Assembly: GCA_041942055.1 (NCBI GenBank)
Contig: CP145874.1
Coordinates: 210,001 to 242,000 of the forward strand
Direction: 5' to 3'
DNA length: 32,000 nucleotides
Origin: Candidatus Saccharimonadota bacterium
Lineage (GTDB): Bacteria > Pseudomonadota > Gammaproteobacteria > Enterobacterales > Enterobacteriaceae
This document shows, piece by piece, positions 9,946 through 22,100 of this stretch; positions within the stretch are counted from its first letter, which is position 1; each line of letters starts with the position of its first letter. Below the pieces are notes generated by a model, which saw only the letters and a list, made by a program, of their open reading frames with translations, was not told the origin of the DNA and made no database searches. A program made the translations under genes and the position numbers.

Positions 9946-11868
9946 ATGGGTAAAATTATTGGTATTGATTTAGGCACTACCAACTCTTGTGTTGCTGTTA
10001 TGGATGGTGATAAACCTAAAGTATTAGAAAATGCTGAAGGTGATCGAACTACTCCTTCAATTATTGCTTTTACACAGGATGAAGAAACTTTAGTAGGACA
10101 ACCAGCTAAGCGCCAAGCGGTGACCAATCCACAGAATACTCTTTTTGCCATCAAACGCCTAATTGGCCGTCGGTTTAAAGATGAGGAAGTTCAACGTGAC
10201 GTAAATCTTATGCCTTATAAGATCATAGCTGCTGAAAATGGGGATGCTTGGCTAGAAGTAAAAGGAAAAAAAATGGCACCACCACAAATATCAGCTGAAG
10301 TTTTAAAAAAGATGAAGAAAACCGCTGAAGATTATCTAGGAGAACCAGTAAATGAAGCTGTTATCACAGTCCCAGCATACTTTAATGATGCTCAACGTCA
10401 AGCTACTAAAGATGCCGGTCGCATTGCAGGTTTAGATGTTAAACGCATAATTAATGAACCAACGGCAGCTGCATTAGCATATGGTCTTGATAAAACTCAA
10501 GGAAATCGTATTATAGCTGTCTATGATTTAGGTGGGGGTACTTTTGATATTTCTATTATTGAAATAGATGAAGTGGATGGAGAAAAAACCTTTGAGGTTT
10601 TAGCTACTAATGGTGATACTCATTTAGGTGGAGAAGATTTTGATAATCGTCTAATTAATTATTTAGTAACTGAGTTTAAAAAAGAGCAAGGCATGGATTT
10701 ACGTAATGATCCTTTAGCTATGCAACGATTAAAAGAAGCCGCAGAAAAAGCTAAAATCGAACTATCATCGGCACAACAAACGGATGTAAATTTGCCTTAT
10801 ATAACAGCAGATGCAAGTGGTCCTAAACATTTAAATATTAAAGTAACTCGTGCCAAACTAGAGTCACTAGTAGAAGATTTAGTTAATCGTTCTATTGAAC
10901 CGTTAAAAATTGCACTACAAGATGCTGGATTATCAAGATCTAATATAAATGATGTAATCCTGGTAGGTGGACAAACTCGCATGCCAATGGTTCAAGCCAA
11001 AGTAGCATCTTTCTTTGGTAAAGAACCCCGTAAGGATGTTAATCCAGATGAAGCAGTTGCTGTTGGAGCAGCAGTTCAAGGAGGAGTTTTAGCGGGAGAT
11101 GTAAAAGATGTATTATTGCTAGATGTAACGCCCTTATCCTTAGGTATTGAAACAATGGGAGGAGTTATGACGGCACTCATTAAAAAAAATACCACTATCC
11201 CTACAAAGCATAGTCAAGTTTTTTCAACCGCAGAGGATAATCAATCTGCAGTAACCATTCATGTTTTACAAGGAGAACGTAAACGCGCTGCTGATAATAA
11301 ATCATTAGGTCAATTTAATTTAGATGGTATAGATCCTGCACCTCGTGGTATACCTCAAATTGAGGTAACTTTTGATATTGATGCGGATGGAATTTTACAC
11401 GTATCGGCAAAAGATAAAAAAAGTGGTAAAGAACAAAAAATTACTATTAAAGCTTCATCAGGATTAAGTGAAGACGAAATCAAAAAAATGGTACATGATG
11501 CCGAACTAAATGCCGAATCTGATCGTAAATTTGAAGAACTAGTTCAATTACGTAATCAAGCCGATCATTTATTACATAGTACACGTAAACAACTCAATGA
11601 AGTTAAAAATAAATTATCTGTTGAAGATAAAAATAATATTGAAAGAGCAATGGAAAAATTAAATCAAGCGTTAAAAACCGAAGATAAAAATGATATTAAT
11701 GCTAAAATACAAGATTTAATACAAGTATCAGAAAAAATTTTGGAAGTGTATAAATCACAAATAAACCAAGAAAGCAGTGAAAATGCTACCGTTCAGCAGA
11801 ACAACCAAAAAGAAACCGATGTAGTAGATGCTGAATATGAAGAGGTGAAAGACGATAAGAAGAAATAA
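9946..11868 (+). CDS. dnaK: Chaperone DnaK (Hsp70)
   Basis: 640 aa, starts [18 protein letters not shown], Hsp70 signatures throughout. SD GGAG at 9932-9935, with the same GGAGACGTTT context as E. coli. Confidence 0.99.
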   Translation: MGKIIGIDLGTTNSCVAVMDGDKPKVLENAEGDRTTPSIIAFTQDEETLVGQPAKRQAVTNPQNTLFAIKRLIGRRFKDEEVQRDVNLMPYKIIAAENGDAWLEVKGKKMAPPQISAEVLKKMKKTAEDYLGEPVNEAVITVPAYFNDAQRQATKDAGRIAGLDVKRIINEPTAAALAYGLDKTQGNRIIAVYDLGGGTFDISIIEIDEVDGEKTFEVLATNGDTHLGGEDFDNRLINYLVTEFKKEQGMDLRNDPLAMQRLKEAAEKAKIELSSAQQTDVNLPYITADASGPKHLNIKVTRAKLESLVEDLVNRSIEPLKIALQDAGLSRSNINDVILVGGQTRMPMVQAKVASFFGKEPRKDVNPDEAVAVGAAVQGGVLAGDVKDVLLLDVTPLSLGIETMGGVMTALIKKNTTIPTKHSQVFSTAEDNQSAVTIHVLQGERKRAADNKSLGQFNLDGIDPAPRGIPQIEVTFDIDADGILHVSAKDKKSGKEQKITIKASSGLSEDEIKKMVHDAELNAESDRKFEELVQLRNQADHLLHSTRKQLNEVKNKLSVEDKNNIERAMEKLNQALKTEDKNDINAKIQDLIQVSEKILEVYKSQINQESSENATVQQNNQKETDVVDAEYEEVKDDKKK

Positions 11869-11926
11869 TATCTCATTGCTACTTTAAAAAAGTGAGTGTA
11901 AAGCAAAATGGAGTGGGTCGATTGAA

Positions 11927-13057
11927 ATGGTGAATATTGATTATTATGAGATTCTAGGAGTTTCTAAATCCGCTGATGAACGCGAGATAAAAAAAGCATA
12001 TAAACGTTTAGCTATGAAATATCATCCAGATCGTAATCCTGGTAATAAACAAGCTGAGTCTAAATTTAAAGAAATTAAGAAAGCTTATGAAATTTTAACC
12101 GATCCACAGAAGAAAGCAGCTTATGACCAGTATGGTCATACTGCTTTTGAACAAGCAGGCAACGACGAGGGATTTAGTACTTCTAATGCTGATTTTAGTG
12201 ATATTTTTGGAGACGTTTTTGGTGATATTTTTGGAGGTAGTCGACGTAAAAACCAACCGGCTCATGGATCAGATTTAAGTTATAATTTATTATTATCGTT
12301 AGAAGAAGCGGTACGTGGAGTTACTAAAGAAATTAGGATTCGTACACTTTCATTATGTAAATCTTGTCATGGTAGTGGTGCTACCTTTGGAAAATCACCA
12401 GTTAAATGTCAAACTTGTCATGGTGTTGGTCATATACAATTACGTCAAGGCTTTTTTACTGTACAACAGACATGTCCATATTGTCATGGAAAAGGAAATA
12501 TCATTCAAGATCCGTGTGTGATGTGCAGGGGTACAGGAAGAAGAGAACAAGATAAAAATCTCTCCGTTAAAATACCTGCTGGTATCAATCATGGTGATCG
12601 TATTAAACTTTCAGGAGAAGGAGAAGCTGGTGAGCATGGTGCTCCTTCAGGAAATTTGTATGTACAAATAGAAATCAAAAAACATCCAATCTTTGAAAGA
12701 GAAAATAACAATTTATATTGTGAAATTCCAATTAATTTTGTAGTAGCTGCGCTTGGTGGAGAAATTGAAGTACCTTCTTTAAGTGGTAAAATTAAGTTAA
12801 AAATTCCAGCAGAAACACAAACTGGCAAATTATTTCGCATGCGCGGTAAGGGAGTTAAATCAGTACGAAGTAATTATCCAGGAGATTTATTATGTAGAGT
12901 TATTGTAGAAACTCCAGTCAATCTTAATGAACATCAAAAAAATCTCTTACGTGAATTAGGAAATACCTTTAGTACATCTTTAGGAAAAGATAATAGTCCA
13001 AAATCCAAGAGTTTTTTTGATGGTGTAAAAAAATTCTTTGATGATTTGACTAAATAA
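11927..13057 (+). CDS. dnaJ: Co-chaperone DnaJ (Hsp40)
   Basis: 376 aa. J-domain with HPD (KYHPDRNPG), G/F-rich region, and four CxxCxGxG zinc-finger repeats ([32 protein letters not shown]). Confidence 0.98.
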   Translation: MVNIDYYEILGVSKSADEREIKKAYKRLAMKYHPDRNPGNKQAESKFKEIKKAYEILTDPQKKAAYDQYGHTAFEQAGNDEGFSTSNADFSDIFGDVFGDIFGGSRRKNQPAHGSDLSYNLLLSLEEAVRGVTKEIRIRTLSLCKSCHGSGATFGKSPVKCQTCHGVGHIQLRQGFFTVQQTCPYCHGKGNIIQDPCVMCRGTGRREQDKNLSVKIPAGINHGDRIKLSGEGEAGEHGAPSGNLYVQIEIKKHPIFERENNNLYCEIPINFVVAALGGEIEVPSLSGKIKLKIPAETQTGKLFRMRGKGVKSVRSNYPGDLLCRVIVETPVNLNEHQKNLLRELGNTFSTSLGKDNSPKSKSFFDGVKKFFDDLTK

Positions 13058-13066
13058 AAATTGAAT

Positions 13067-13330
13067 TTAATTCATATTTTTAAGTTGTTTGATTAAATTA
13101 GATTTGTGTCTAGCAGCTTTATTTTTATGTATTAATCCTTTTTTAGATTGACGATCTAAAGCAGATTGCATAATAGAGAAGGCTATTGAAGCAGCTTTCT
13201 TATCACCACTTCTAACAGTTGTATAGACTTTCTTAATAAAAGTACGCAACATGGAACGTTTACTATTATTAATTTTTCTACGTAGTTCAGAACTTTGTAT
13301 ACGTTTCTGAGCTGATTTAATTTTAGCCAA
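13067..13330 (-). CDS. rpsT: 30S ribosomal protein S20
   Basis: 87 aa. [10 protein letters not shown]...[15 protein letters not shown] matches E. coli S20. Strong SD AGGAGG upstream (reverse complement of 13334-13343). Its stop is only 9 nt from the convergent dnaJ stop. Confidence 0.96.
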   Translation of the reverse strand: MAKIKSAQKRIQSSELRRKINNSKRSMLRTFIKKVYTTVRSGDKKAASIAFSIMQSALDRQSKKGLIHKNKAARHKSNLIKQLKNMN

Positions 13331-13516
13331 CTTATCCTCCTTCCTAATTTAATTATTATAGAGAGAGCTTTTGCTCTATCATTTTAATGTTTGATATAAT
13401 AGCAAAAAAACACATATTTGAGTTAGTAATTTTTAATTAAAAAAATTTAAATAAATATAATTAAAGAGAATTTTTTCTCTTTATAAATCACCAATATCTG
13501 ATGAGATAGAAAAATA

Positions 13517-16351
13517 ATGAATGACTATAAATCCACTTTATATCTACCAGAAACTGATTTTCCAATGCGTGGTGATTTAGCTAATAAAGAACCTCAAAGA
13601 CTACAACGTTGGTATAATGATCAATTGTATTGTTTAATTAGAAAAGCCAAAAAAGGTAAAGAAATATTCTTTCTTCATGATGGTCCTCCATACGCTAATG
13701 GCGCTTTACATATTGGTCATGCAGTTAATAAAATTATTAAAGATATTATTATTAAATCTAAAACTCTTGAAGGATTTGATTGTCCATATATTCCAGGATG
13801 GGATTGTCATGGATTACCTATTGAATTAAATGTAGAAAAATCAATAGGAAAACCCGGAAATAATGTGAGTATAGCGGAATTTCGAAAAGTATGTCGTAAT
13901 TATGCTGCTAAACAAATATCTAATCAAAAACAAGATTTTATACGTATGGGTGTTATTGCAGATTGGGAAAATCCCTACTTAACTATGGATTTTAAGAATG
14001 AAGCGGAAATAATACGAATTTTAGGAAAAATTATTGCCAATGGATATTTGGTTAAAGGAACTAAACCAGTACCATGGTGTATGGATTGTGGTTCAGCACT
14101 ATCTGATGCTGAAGTGATACATAACAATGTTATTTCTCAAGCTATTGATGTAGCTTTTTATTGTGTCGATATAGAAAACATACTAACTAAATTTGGAATT
14201 CCAAACTTAAATCTTAACAATAATAAGATCGCACTAATAGTTTGGACTACTACTCCATGGACATTACCAGCAAATCAAGCGATTTCAGTTGATGCACAAG
14301 CTTCTTATCAACTGATCAAAATTACCAATACCGAAGAGAGATTAATAATTATAGCAAAATCTTTAAGTAATAAAGTTATGGATCGTTTTAAGATAACTCA
14401 TTGGGATGTGTTAGGAGAAACCTTAGGTTCTGAACTAGAGTTCATACGTTTATATCATCCATTTTTTAACCTTACAGTTCCAGTTTTATTAAGTAATCAT
14501 GTTACATTAGATATGGGAACGGGGATTGTTCATATGGCACCTAGTCATGGAATTGATGATTATATGGTTTGTAAAAAGTATAATATTTCACCAATAAATT
14601 TGATTAAAGCAAATGGTTGTTATAGAACCAATACTCATCCTAAATTAGATGGAGTATCAATATTTAAAGCTAATGAAATTATAATTAACATATTAAAAAA
14701 CAAGGGCATTTTTTTACATATTCAAAATATACAACATAGTTATCCTCATTGTTGGAGACATAAAAGCCCTATTATTTTTAGAGCTACTGAACAATGGTTT
14801 ATTAATATGGAACATAAACGATTACGTGAAAAATCACTTGATAATCTGAATAAAATCCAATGGATTCCATCATGGGGAAAAGCACGTCTTAAAGCAATGA
14901 TAGCCAACCGACCAGATTGGTGCATATCTCGTCAACGAACATGGGGAGTACCAATTCCTCTGTTTATACATAAAGAAAATGGAAATTTACATCCCAATAC
15001 ATTAGCTATAATAGAAAAAGTAGCTGTTCTTGTAGAACAAAGAGGAATTCAAGCCTGGTGGGATTTATTACCAACAGATATTTTACCTAAATACGAAGTT
15101 GAAAAATATAAAAAAAATTTAGACACTTTGGATGTTTGGTTTGATTCAGGATCCACTCATATCCTAATCAATCAAAGACCCGAATTAAATTTTAAAATTT
15201 CTGATCTATATTTAGAAGGCTCTGATCAATATCGAGGATGGTTCATGTCATCTTTAATGATTGCAATGACAATAAACAATGATATTCCTTGTAAACAAAT
15301 TATTACACATGGTTTTACTGTAGATAGTAATAGAAAAAAAATGTCTAAATCGGTGGGCAATATAATAAGTCCTCAGATTATGATAAAAAAATGGGGTGCT
15401 GATATTATGCGTTTATGGGTTGCTTCTACTGATTATTCAAAAGACATTACTGTATCTGAAGAAATTATCAATCGTTCTACAGATAACTATCGTCGGATTC
15501 GTAATACAGTTCGTTTTTTACTTGCTAATCTGAAAGATTTTCAACCTAAAAATGAAATAATTCCTTATCAAGACATGATCAGATTAGATCGTTGGATTTT
15601 ACAAATAGCGAAATCAACACAGCAGCATATTATTAATGCTTATAAACAATATGAGTTTCATTCAGTTGTTCATAATATGATGCAGTTCTGTTCTATAGAA
15701 TTAGGTTCTTTTTATCTAGATATAGTTAAAGATCGTCTCTATACAACCAAAAAAAATAGTTTAGCACGTAGAAGTTGTCAGACGGCTATTTTTTATATAG
15801 CTGAAGCTATGGTAAGATGGTTAGCTCCCATTTTATCTTTTACTGCAGATGAAATATGGAATTATCTTCCTGGAAATCGTTCTAAGTATGTTTTCACCGA
15901 AGAATGGTTTGATTTGGTAATGGATTTAGATAAAAATTCTTTAATAAATAAGGATTTTTGGGACGAATTAGTAACTGTACGTTATGACATAAATAAAGCT
16001 CTAGAAAAAACTCGTAGAGAAAAAAAAATAAGAGAATCATTATCAGTAGGAATTGTAATTTATACTACTGGTTCAATAGCTGAAAAATTAAAAACCTTAG
16101 GTTCTGAATTAAAATTTTTTTTGTTAACTTCTAGCGCTGAAGTAAGGGATTATAAATTAGCACCTATCAGTTCTATTCATAGTCAATCTATATCCCAATT
16201 CAAGTTAGTTTTATATAAAGCGTCAGGAACCAAATGTTTACGCTGTTGGAACTATACTACTGATATTGGTCAAAATAAACAATTTCCCGAACTTTGTGGT
16301 CGTTGTGTAACTAATATAATCGGAAAAGGTGAAATACGTCATTTTGTATGA
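13517..16351 (+). CDS. ileS: Isoleucyl-tRNA synthetase
   Basis: 944 aa. Class I motifs HIGH (LHIGHAVNK) and KMSKS are present, with a C-terminal Zn cluster CLRCW...CGRC. Collinear with E. coli IleS. Confidence 0.98.
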   Translation: MNDYKSTLYLPETDFPMRGDLANKEPQRLQRWYNDQLYCLIRKAKKGKEIFFLHDGPPYANGALHIGHAVNKIIKDIIIKSKTLEGFDCPYIPGWDCHGLPIELNVEKSIGKPGNNVSIAEFRKVCRNYAAKQISNQKQDFIRMGVIADWENPYLTMDFKNEAEIIRILGKIIANGYLVKGTKPVPWCMDCGSALSDAEVIHNNVISQAIDVAFYCVDIENILTKFGIPNLNLNNNKIALIVWTTTPWTLPANQAISVDAQASYQLIKITNTEERLIIIAKSLSNKVMDRFKITHWDVLGETLGSELEFIRLYHPFFNLTVPVLLSNHVTLDMGTGIVHMAPSHGIDDYMVCKKYNISPINLIKANGCYRTNTHPKLDGVSIFKANEIIINILKNKGIFLHIQNIQHSYPHCWRHKSPIIFRATEQWFINMEHKRLREKSLDNLNKIQWIPSWGKARLKAMIANRPDWCISRQRTWGVPIPLFIHKENGNLHPNTLAIIEKVAVLVEQRGIQAWWDLLPTDILPKYEVEKYKKNLDTLDVWFDSGSTHILINQRPELNFKISDLYLEGSDQYRGWFMSSLMIAMTINNDIPCKQIITHGFTVDSNRKKMSKSVGNIISPQIMIKKWGADIMRLWVASTDYSKDITVSEEIINRSTDNYRRIRNTVRFLLANLKDFQPKNEIIPYQDMIRLDRWILQIAKSTQQHIINAYKQYEFHSVVHNMMQFCSIELGSFYLDIVKDRLYTTKKNSLARRSCQTAIFYIAEAMVRWLAPILSFTADEIWNYLPGNRSKYVFTEEWFDLVMDLDKNSLINKDFWDELVTVRYDINKALEKTRREKKIRESLSVGIVIYTTGSIAEKLKTLGSELKFFLLTSSAEVRDYKLAPISSIHSQSISQFKLVLYKASGTKCLRCWNYTTDIGQNKQFPELCGRCVTNIIGKGEIRHFV

Positions 16352-16797
16352 AGTTAAATTATAATTTCTCTTGGCGAGGGTTAATAATTATTGTAGGAAT
16401 GTTAGATTTTATTAGCAAACAATGGATAATTAGATCGTTTAATTTAAGACAAGTAGTTTCATTAACTCCTTTTTTAAATATTGTTTATACTCAAAATTAT
16501 GGTGTTGCCTTGAATTTTTTTACAAGTAAACACGGATGGAATTTTTGGTTATTGATTATTATTCAGATCATTTTGATATCAAGCTGCATTTTTATTTATA
16601 TGCAAAACAGTCAAAATTCTGCATGGGCACTTATTATTGGTGGTTCATTAGGGAATTGTTTAGATCGAATATTACATGGTTTTGTGATAGATTTTATAGA
16701 TTTCAGTCTCAATCACTGGCATTTACCCACCTTTAATTTTGCAGATATTGCAATTTGTCTTGGTATCATAATAATTTTAATAAAAAACTCTTATTAA
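16348..16797 (+). CDS. lspA: Lipoprotein signal peptidase (signal peptidase II)
   Basis: 149 aa. ATGA start/stop overlap with ileS. Conserved NYG.A.NF, IIGG.LGN..DR and FN.AD motifs. Confidence 0.93.
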   Translation: MKLNYNFSWRGLIIIVGMLDFISKQWIIRSFNLRQVVSLTPFLNIVYTQNYGVALNFFTSKHGWNFWLLIIIQIILISSCIFIYMQNSQNSAWALIIGGSLGNCLDRILHGFVIDFIDFSLNHWHLPTFNFADIAICLGIIIILIKNSY

Positions 16798-16867
16798 TTA
16801 ATAAATATAGATGAAAATATCTCCATAAATTATTTAATGAATGCAAATAATAGATAGGAAAAATAAA

Positions 16868-17800
16868 ATGCGGATTTTATTAGCTAATCCCCGGGGTTTT
16901 TGCGCTGGTGTAGTTCGTGCTATTAACATAGTTAAAAATGCTATAAAAAAATGGGGTAGTCCAGTATATGTATACCATCAAGTAGTACATAACAGTTATG
17001 TAGTGAAAGAATTACATGAATATGGAGTAATATTTGTAGAAAAATTATCGGATGTTCCTCAGGGAGCAGTTCTTATATTTTCAGCTCATGGAGTATCTCA
17101 AACCTTACGTATCCAAGCAAAAAAACGAGGACTATTTATATTAGATGCAACTTGTCCCTTAGTAACTAAGGTACATATGGAAGTAGCACGTGCTAGTAGA
17201 AGAGGAATTGAATCTATTCTTATTGGTCATGCTGGTCACCCTGAAGTTGAAGGTACATTAGGTCAATATAATAATATTACTGGTGGTATATATTTGATTG
17301 AATCTTCAGAAGATGTATATAAATTACACATTAAGAACGAAAATAATTTATATTTTATGACCCAAACTACTTTATCAGTAGGTGAAACTGCTAATATCAT
17401 ACAAACTTTAAAACATCGATTTCCAAAAATTGTTGGTCCTAAAAAAACTGATATTTGTTATGCTACTACTAATAGGCAAAATGCAGCCCATGAACTAGCC
17501 CAACAATCCGATCTAGTATTAGTAGTTGGTTCCCGTAATTCTTCTAATTCTAATCGTTTAGTAGAAGTAGTCCTAGAAATGGGTAAAAAAGCATATTTAA
17601 TTGACTCTTTTAAAGATATAAATAATAAATGGATACAAAATACTAATTGCATTGGAATTACCGCTGGCGCATCAGCACCAGAGTTTTTAGTAACAGAAGT
17701 GATCGAATATTTGAAAAATAATTTTAATATCTCTAATATTAGAGAATTAGAGGGTTTTCAGGAAAATACAGAATTTAAATTACCGCAAGAATTACAATAA
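16868..17800 (+). CDS. ispH: 4-hydroxy-3-methylbut-2-enyl diphosphate reductase (IspH/LytB)
   Basis: The ORF opens at 16841. The second ATG (16868) gives [15 protein letters not shown], matching the E. coli N-terminus [15 protein letters not shown], and has an AGGAA SD 6 nt upstream. Conserved [26 protein letters not shown]. Confidence 0.95.
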   Translation: MRILLANPRGFCAGVVRAINIVKNAIKKWGSPVYVYHQVVHNSYVVKELHEYGVIFVEKLSDVPQGAVLIFSAHGVSQTLRIQAKKRGLFILDATCPLVTKVHMEVARASRRGIESILIGHAGHPEVEGTLGQYNNITGGIYLIESSEDVYKLHIKNENNLYFMTQTTLSVGETANIIQTLKHRFPKIVGPKKTDICYATTNRQNAAHELAQQSDLVLVVGSRNSSNSNRLVEVVLEMGKKAYLIDSFKDINNKWIQNTNCIGITAGASAPEFLVTEVIEYLKNNFNISNIRELEGFQENTEFKLPQELQ

Positions 17801-18027
17801 AATTATGTAAATAAATAGTTAAACTAACTTAGTTAGATATAATGAATTTCAGTTAATTTTTTCAGGTTTATGATAATAAGGAAAAATGTTGTTGATTTAA
17901 GATTCAATATTGAACCTATTTAAAATAGAATAAAGTGACAATTTTTATAAAATAGAAAAAAATATATTTTTAGTGCTTGTTTATTTTTGCAGGGTATTTC
18001 ATAAATATGAACTTCTTTGAAAAATCA

Positions 18028-19170
18028 ATGAAACCAGCCATGTTCGTTTTAGAAGACGGAACCCAATTTCATGGAATCTCTGTAGGTGCAGATGGCATAA
18101 CCGTTGGAGAAGTAGTTTTCAATACGTCAATGACGGGTTATCAAGAAATCTTAACAGATCCTTCCTATTATAAACAAATTGTTTCTTTAACTTATCCTCA
18201 TATTGGGAATGTAGGTACCAATGCATTTGATGAAGAATCTTCTAGAATATATGTTAACGGGTTAATTGTTCGTGAATTATCAATAATTGCTAGTAACTAC
18301 CGTAATGAAGAAACTTTATCACATTATTTAAAAAGATATGGAATTGTTGCCATTGCAGACATTGATACTCGCAAATTAACTCGATTAATAAGAAGTACAG
18401 GATTTCAAAATGGGTGTATTATTACAGGACCTAATCCCAATCTATATCAAGCTGTGCAAAAAGCTAAAAATCATAACATACAAGGGATAGATTTGGCAAA
18501 AGCTGTATCTACAGAAAGAATATATACTTGGAATGAAGGAACTGTAGTATTAAATCGCTATTTTTCAAAAAAAATCAGAAAACCAATTTCCTTCCATGTA
18601 GTAGTATATGATTATGGCATCAAACGCAATATATTACGATTATTAGTAGATAGAGGTTGCCAAGTGACAGTAGTACCCGCCTGTACACCAGTAAAAATTA
18701 CTCTCTCATTAAAACCTGATGGAATATTTCTTTCTAATGGTCCCGGTAATCCAAATTACTGTGATTATGCTATCGAAGCTATCAGATTTTTTATAAAGAT
18801 TAATATACCTATCTTCGGTATTTGCTTAGGTCATCAGTTATTAGCTTTAGCAAATGGTGCTAAAACTATTAAAATGAAATTTGGTCATCATGGGTGTAAT
18901 CATCCAGTTAAAGATCTTGAAAATAATAAAATACTCATTACTACTCAAAATCATGGATTTACTGTAGACGAAAAGACTTTACCTACTAATTTACGTATAA
19001 CACATAGATCTTTATTTGACGGAACAATTCAGGGATTAAAATTAACTGATAAACCAGTATTTAGCTTTCAAGGACATCCTGAAGCGAGTCCGGGACCACA
19101 TGATGCAAGTAGTTTATTTGATAAATTTATTTACCTTTTAGTTACTCATCGTTTAAATTGGCGAAAATAA
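18028..19170 (+). CDS. carA: Carbamoyl-phosphate synthase small (glutaminase) subunit
   Basis: Collinear with E. coli CarA from [16 protein letters not shown] (E. coli [17 protein letters not shown]). Catalytic GICLGHQ and [11 protein letters not shown] are present. The start is ambiguous: in-frame ATGs also occur at 17977 and 18007. Confidence 0.93.
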   Translation: MKPAMFVLEDGTQFHGISVGADGITVGEVVFNTSMTGYQEILTDPSYYKQIVSLTYPHIGNVGTNAFDEESSRIYVNGLIVRELSIIASNYRNEETLSHYLKRYGIVAIADIDTRKLTRLIRSTGFQNGCIITGPNPNLYQAVQKAKNHNIQGIDLAKAVSTERIYTWNEGTVVLNRYFSKKIRKPISFHVVVYDYGIKRNILRLLVDRGCQVTVVPACTPVKITLSLKPDGIFLSNGPGNPNYCDYAIEAIRFFIKINIPIFGICLGHQLLALANGAKTIKMKFGHHGCNHPVKDLENNKILITTQNHGFTVDEKTLPTNLRITHRSLFDGTIQGLKLTDKPVFSFQGHPEASPGPHDASSLFDKFIYLLVTHRLNWRK

Positions 19171-19191
19171 TAGAAAATCAGGAGCAAACAA

Positions 19192-22100
19192 ATGCCTAAA
19201 CGTACCGATATTCATAGCATCCTGATTATTGGAGCAGGTCCTATCACTATAGGACAAGCATGTGAATTCGATTATTCAGGTGTTCAAGCTTGTAAAGCAC
19301 TGCGCGAAGAATCTTATCGTGTTATTTTAATTAATTCTAATCCGGCAACTATTATGACGGATCCTTGTATAGCCGATGCTACATATATTGAACCTATTCA
19401 TTGGAAAATAGTAACTAAAATTATAGAAAAAGAACGTCCAGATGCTTTACTACCTACTTTGGGAGGACAAACCGCTCTTAATTGCGCCCTGGATTTAGAT
19501 CGTTATGGTGTATTAAAAAAATTTGGTTTAATTATGATCGGTGCAAGTATTGAAACTATTAAGACCGCTGAAGATCGTAAGCTTTTTAAAAAAGCCATGA
19601 AAGAGATTGGATTAGAAACTGCACGATCTTATATAGCTTATAATATAAGTGACGCATTACGTGCCGTTAAAACCCTTGGATTTCCCTGCATTATTCGTTC
19701 ATCTTTTACAATGGGTGGTTCAGGATCGAATATTGCATATAATATGAAAGAATTTACAAAATATTGTAAATATGCTCTAGATTTATCTCCAATTAATGAA
19801 ATTATAATTGATGAATCTTTGATGGGATGGAAAGAATATGAACTAGAAGTTATACGAGATGAAAAAAATAATTTTGTGGTTATTTGTACTCTGGAAAATA
19901 TTGATCCGATAGGAATACATACAGGTGATTCTTATATTATGTCACCTACACAAACTTTAACTGATAAAGAATCTCAAATTCTACGTAATGATTCTTCATT
20001 AATTTTAATCAAAATGAAGATGAAAAACGGGGGTGCTAATGTTCAATTCGCAATACACCCTAAAAATGGTCGTATAATTGTTATAGAAATGAATCCACGT
20101 GTCTCTAGATCTTCTGCATTGGCTTCAAAAGCTACTGGATTCCCTATTGCTAAATTAGCTGCTAAGCTTGCTGTAGGCTATACTCTTGATGAATTTGATA
20201 TAGGGGGAGTAATACCTGCATCATTTGAACCAACTTTAGATTATGTTGTAACTAAGATTCCAAGATTTGATTTCGAAAAATTTGTTGGATCCAATGATCG
20301 ATTGAGTACACAAATGAAATCGGTTGGTGAAGTAATGTCTATAGGTAGAAATTTTCAGGAATCAATACAAAAAGCCTTACGTGGACTCGAAATAGGAGTT
20401 TATGGTTTCAATCCAAAAATTGATCTTAAAGAACCGAATGCTGTATTACGAATTCGTAAAGAATTGAAATCTCCTGGCGCTGACCGTTTTTTTTATATAG
20501 CTGATGCATTTCGTATGGGATTTTCCGTTACTGAGGTATTTAATTTAACTGGAATTGATTGTTGGTTTTTAGTTCAAATAGAAGAACTAGTTTTGATAGA
20601 AAAACAAATTTTAAAACAAGGATTAAATGGATTACAATCATCTGTTTTGCGTCATTTAAAAAAAAAAGGATTTTCAGATGTTCGAATAGCGGATTTAGTT
20701 GGTAGTTCGGAACAAAAAATCCGTAGATTACGTCAATACTATGATATTCATCCCGTTTATAAACGAGTTGATACTTGTTCAGCAGAGTTTCCTAGTAATA
20801 GTAATTATTTATACTCTACATATGAAGATGAATGTGAAGCAAATCCACAATCTAATCCTAACAAGATTATAATATTAGGAGGAGGTCCAAATCGTATTGG
20901 TCAAGGAATTGAATTTGATTATTGTTGTGTACATGCAGCAATGGCTTTACGTGAAAATGGATTTGAAATAATCATGATTAATTGTAATCCAGAAACTGTA
21001 TCAACTGATTATGATATATCGGATCGACTATATTTTGAATCTATTACATTAGAAGATGTATTGCAAGTAGTAAGAATAGAGAAACCTAAAGGTATTATTG
21101 TTCAATATGGTGGTCAAACTCCTTTAAAACTAGCACGTGATTTATATTTAGAAGGAGTACCGATAATAGGCACAAGTCCTGATTCTATTGATCGTGCTGA
21201 AAATCGAGCACTTTTCCAACAAACGATAACTAAATTAGGATTAAAACAACCAGAAAATGTTACAGTTTATACACTTGAACAGGCTGTAATAAAATCTCAA
21301 GAGATTGGTTATCCATTAATAGTTCGCCCTTCTTATGTATTAGGTGGTAGAGCAATGGAAATCATCTATGAAGAAGTTGATTTAAAACATTATTTTAACA
21401 GTGCAATTAGTGTTTCTAGTAATGCTCCTGTATTACTAGAGAAATTTTTAGATAATGCCATAGAAGTTGATGTGGATGCAATTTGTGATGGGAAAGATGT
21501 TTTAATTGGAGGAATTATGGAACATATTGAAGAGGCAGGAGTTCATTCTGGAGATTCTGCGTGTTCATTACCACCTTATACACTTAATCATGTAATACAA
21601 AATCAAATACGTGATCAAGTAATAAAAATTGCACTGGAATTTTCTATTAAGGGATTAATTAATGTGCAATTTGCCATTAAAAATAAGATCATTTATTTAA
21701 TAGAAGTGAATCCTCGGGCATCTCGTACAGTACCTTTTGTTTCGAAAGCAACCGGAATCCCATTAGCAAAAATTGCTTCATTAGTAATGATAGGAAAAAG
21801 TCTGTTAGAACAAGGATTTACAAAGGAAATTATTCCTCCCTATTTTTCAGTTAAAGAAGTTGTATTGCCTTTCAAAAAATTTTCAGGATCACATCCGGTA
21901 TTAGGACCAGAAATGCATTCTACTGGAGAAGTGATGGGGATAGCTAAAACTTTTCCTGAAGCTTTTGCAAAAGCAATCTTAGGTATAGGTAATAGTAATT
22001 CAAATAATAATTATAATTATCTTAATACTAAAACAAATAAAGTAAAAACATTAGATGTAGCAAAACAATTACTACTTCAACCAGAATTTCAAGGTAAAAT

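Noticed and set aside
13462-13483. AT-rich hairpins in spacers: TAAAGAGAA-tttt-TTCTCTTTA (13462-13483, upstream of ileS), TACGTTGA-ttatt-TCAACGTA (6755-6775) and CCATTTAT-N11-ATAAATGG (30531-30557, just after ibaG).
   Set aside because: None is followed by a proper U-run on the strand where a terminator would be needed. The stems are AT-rich with at most 2-3 GC pairs, and stems of 8-9 bp are expected by chance at this composition. I do not call them as terminators.
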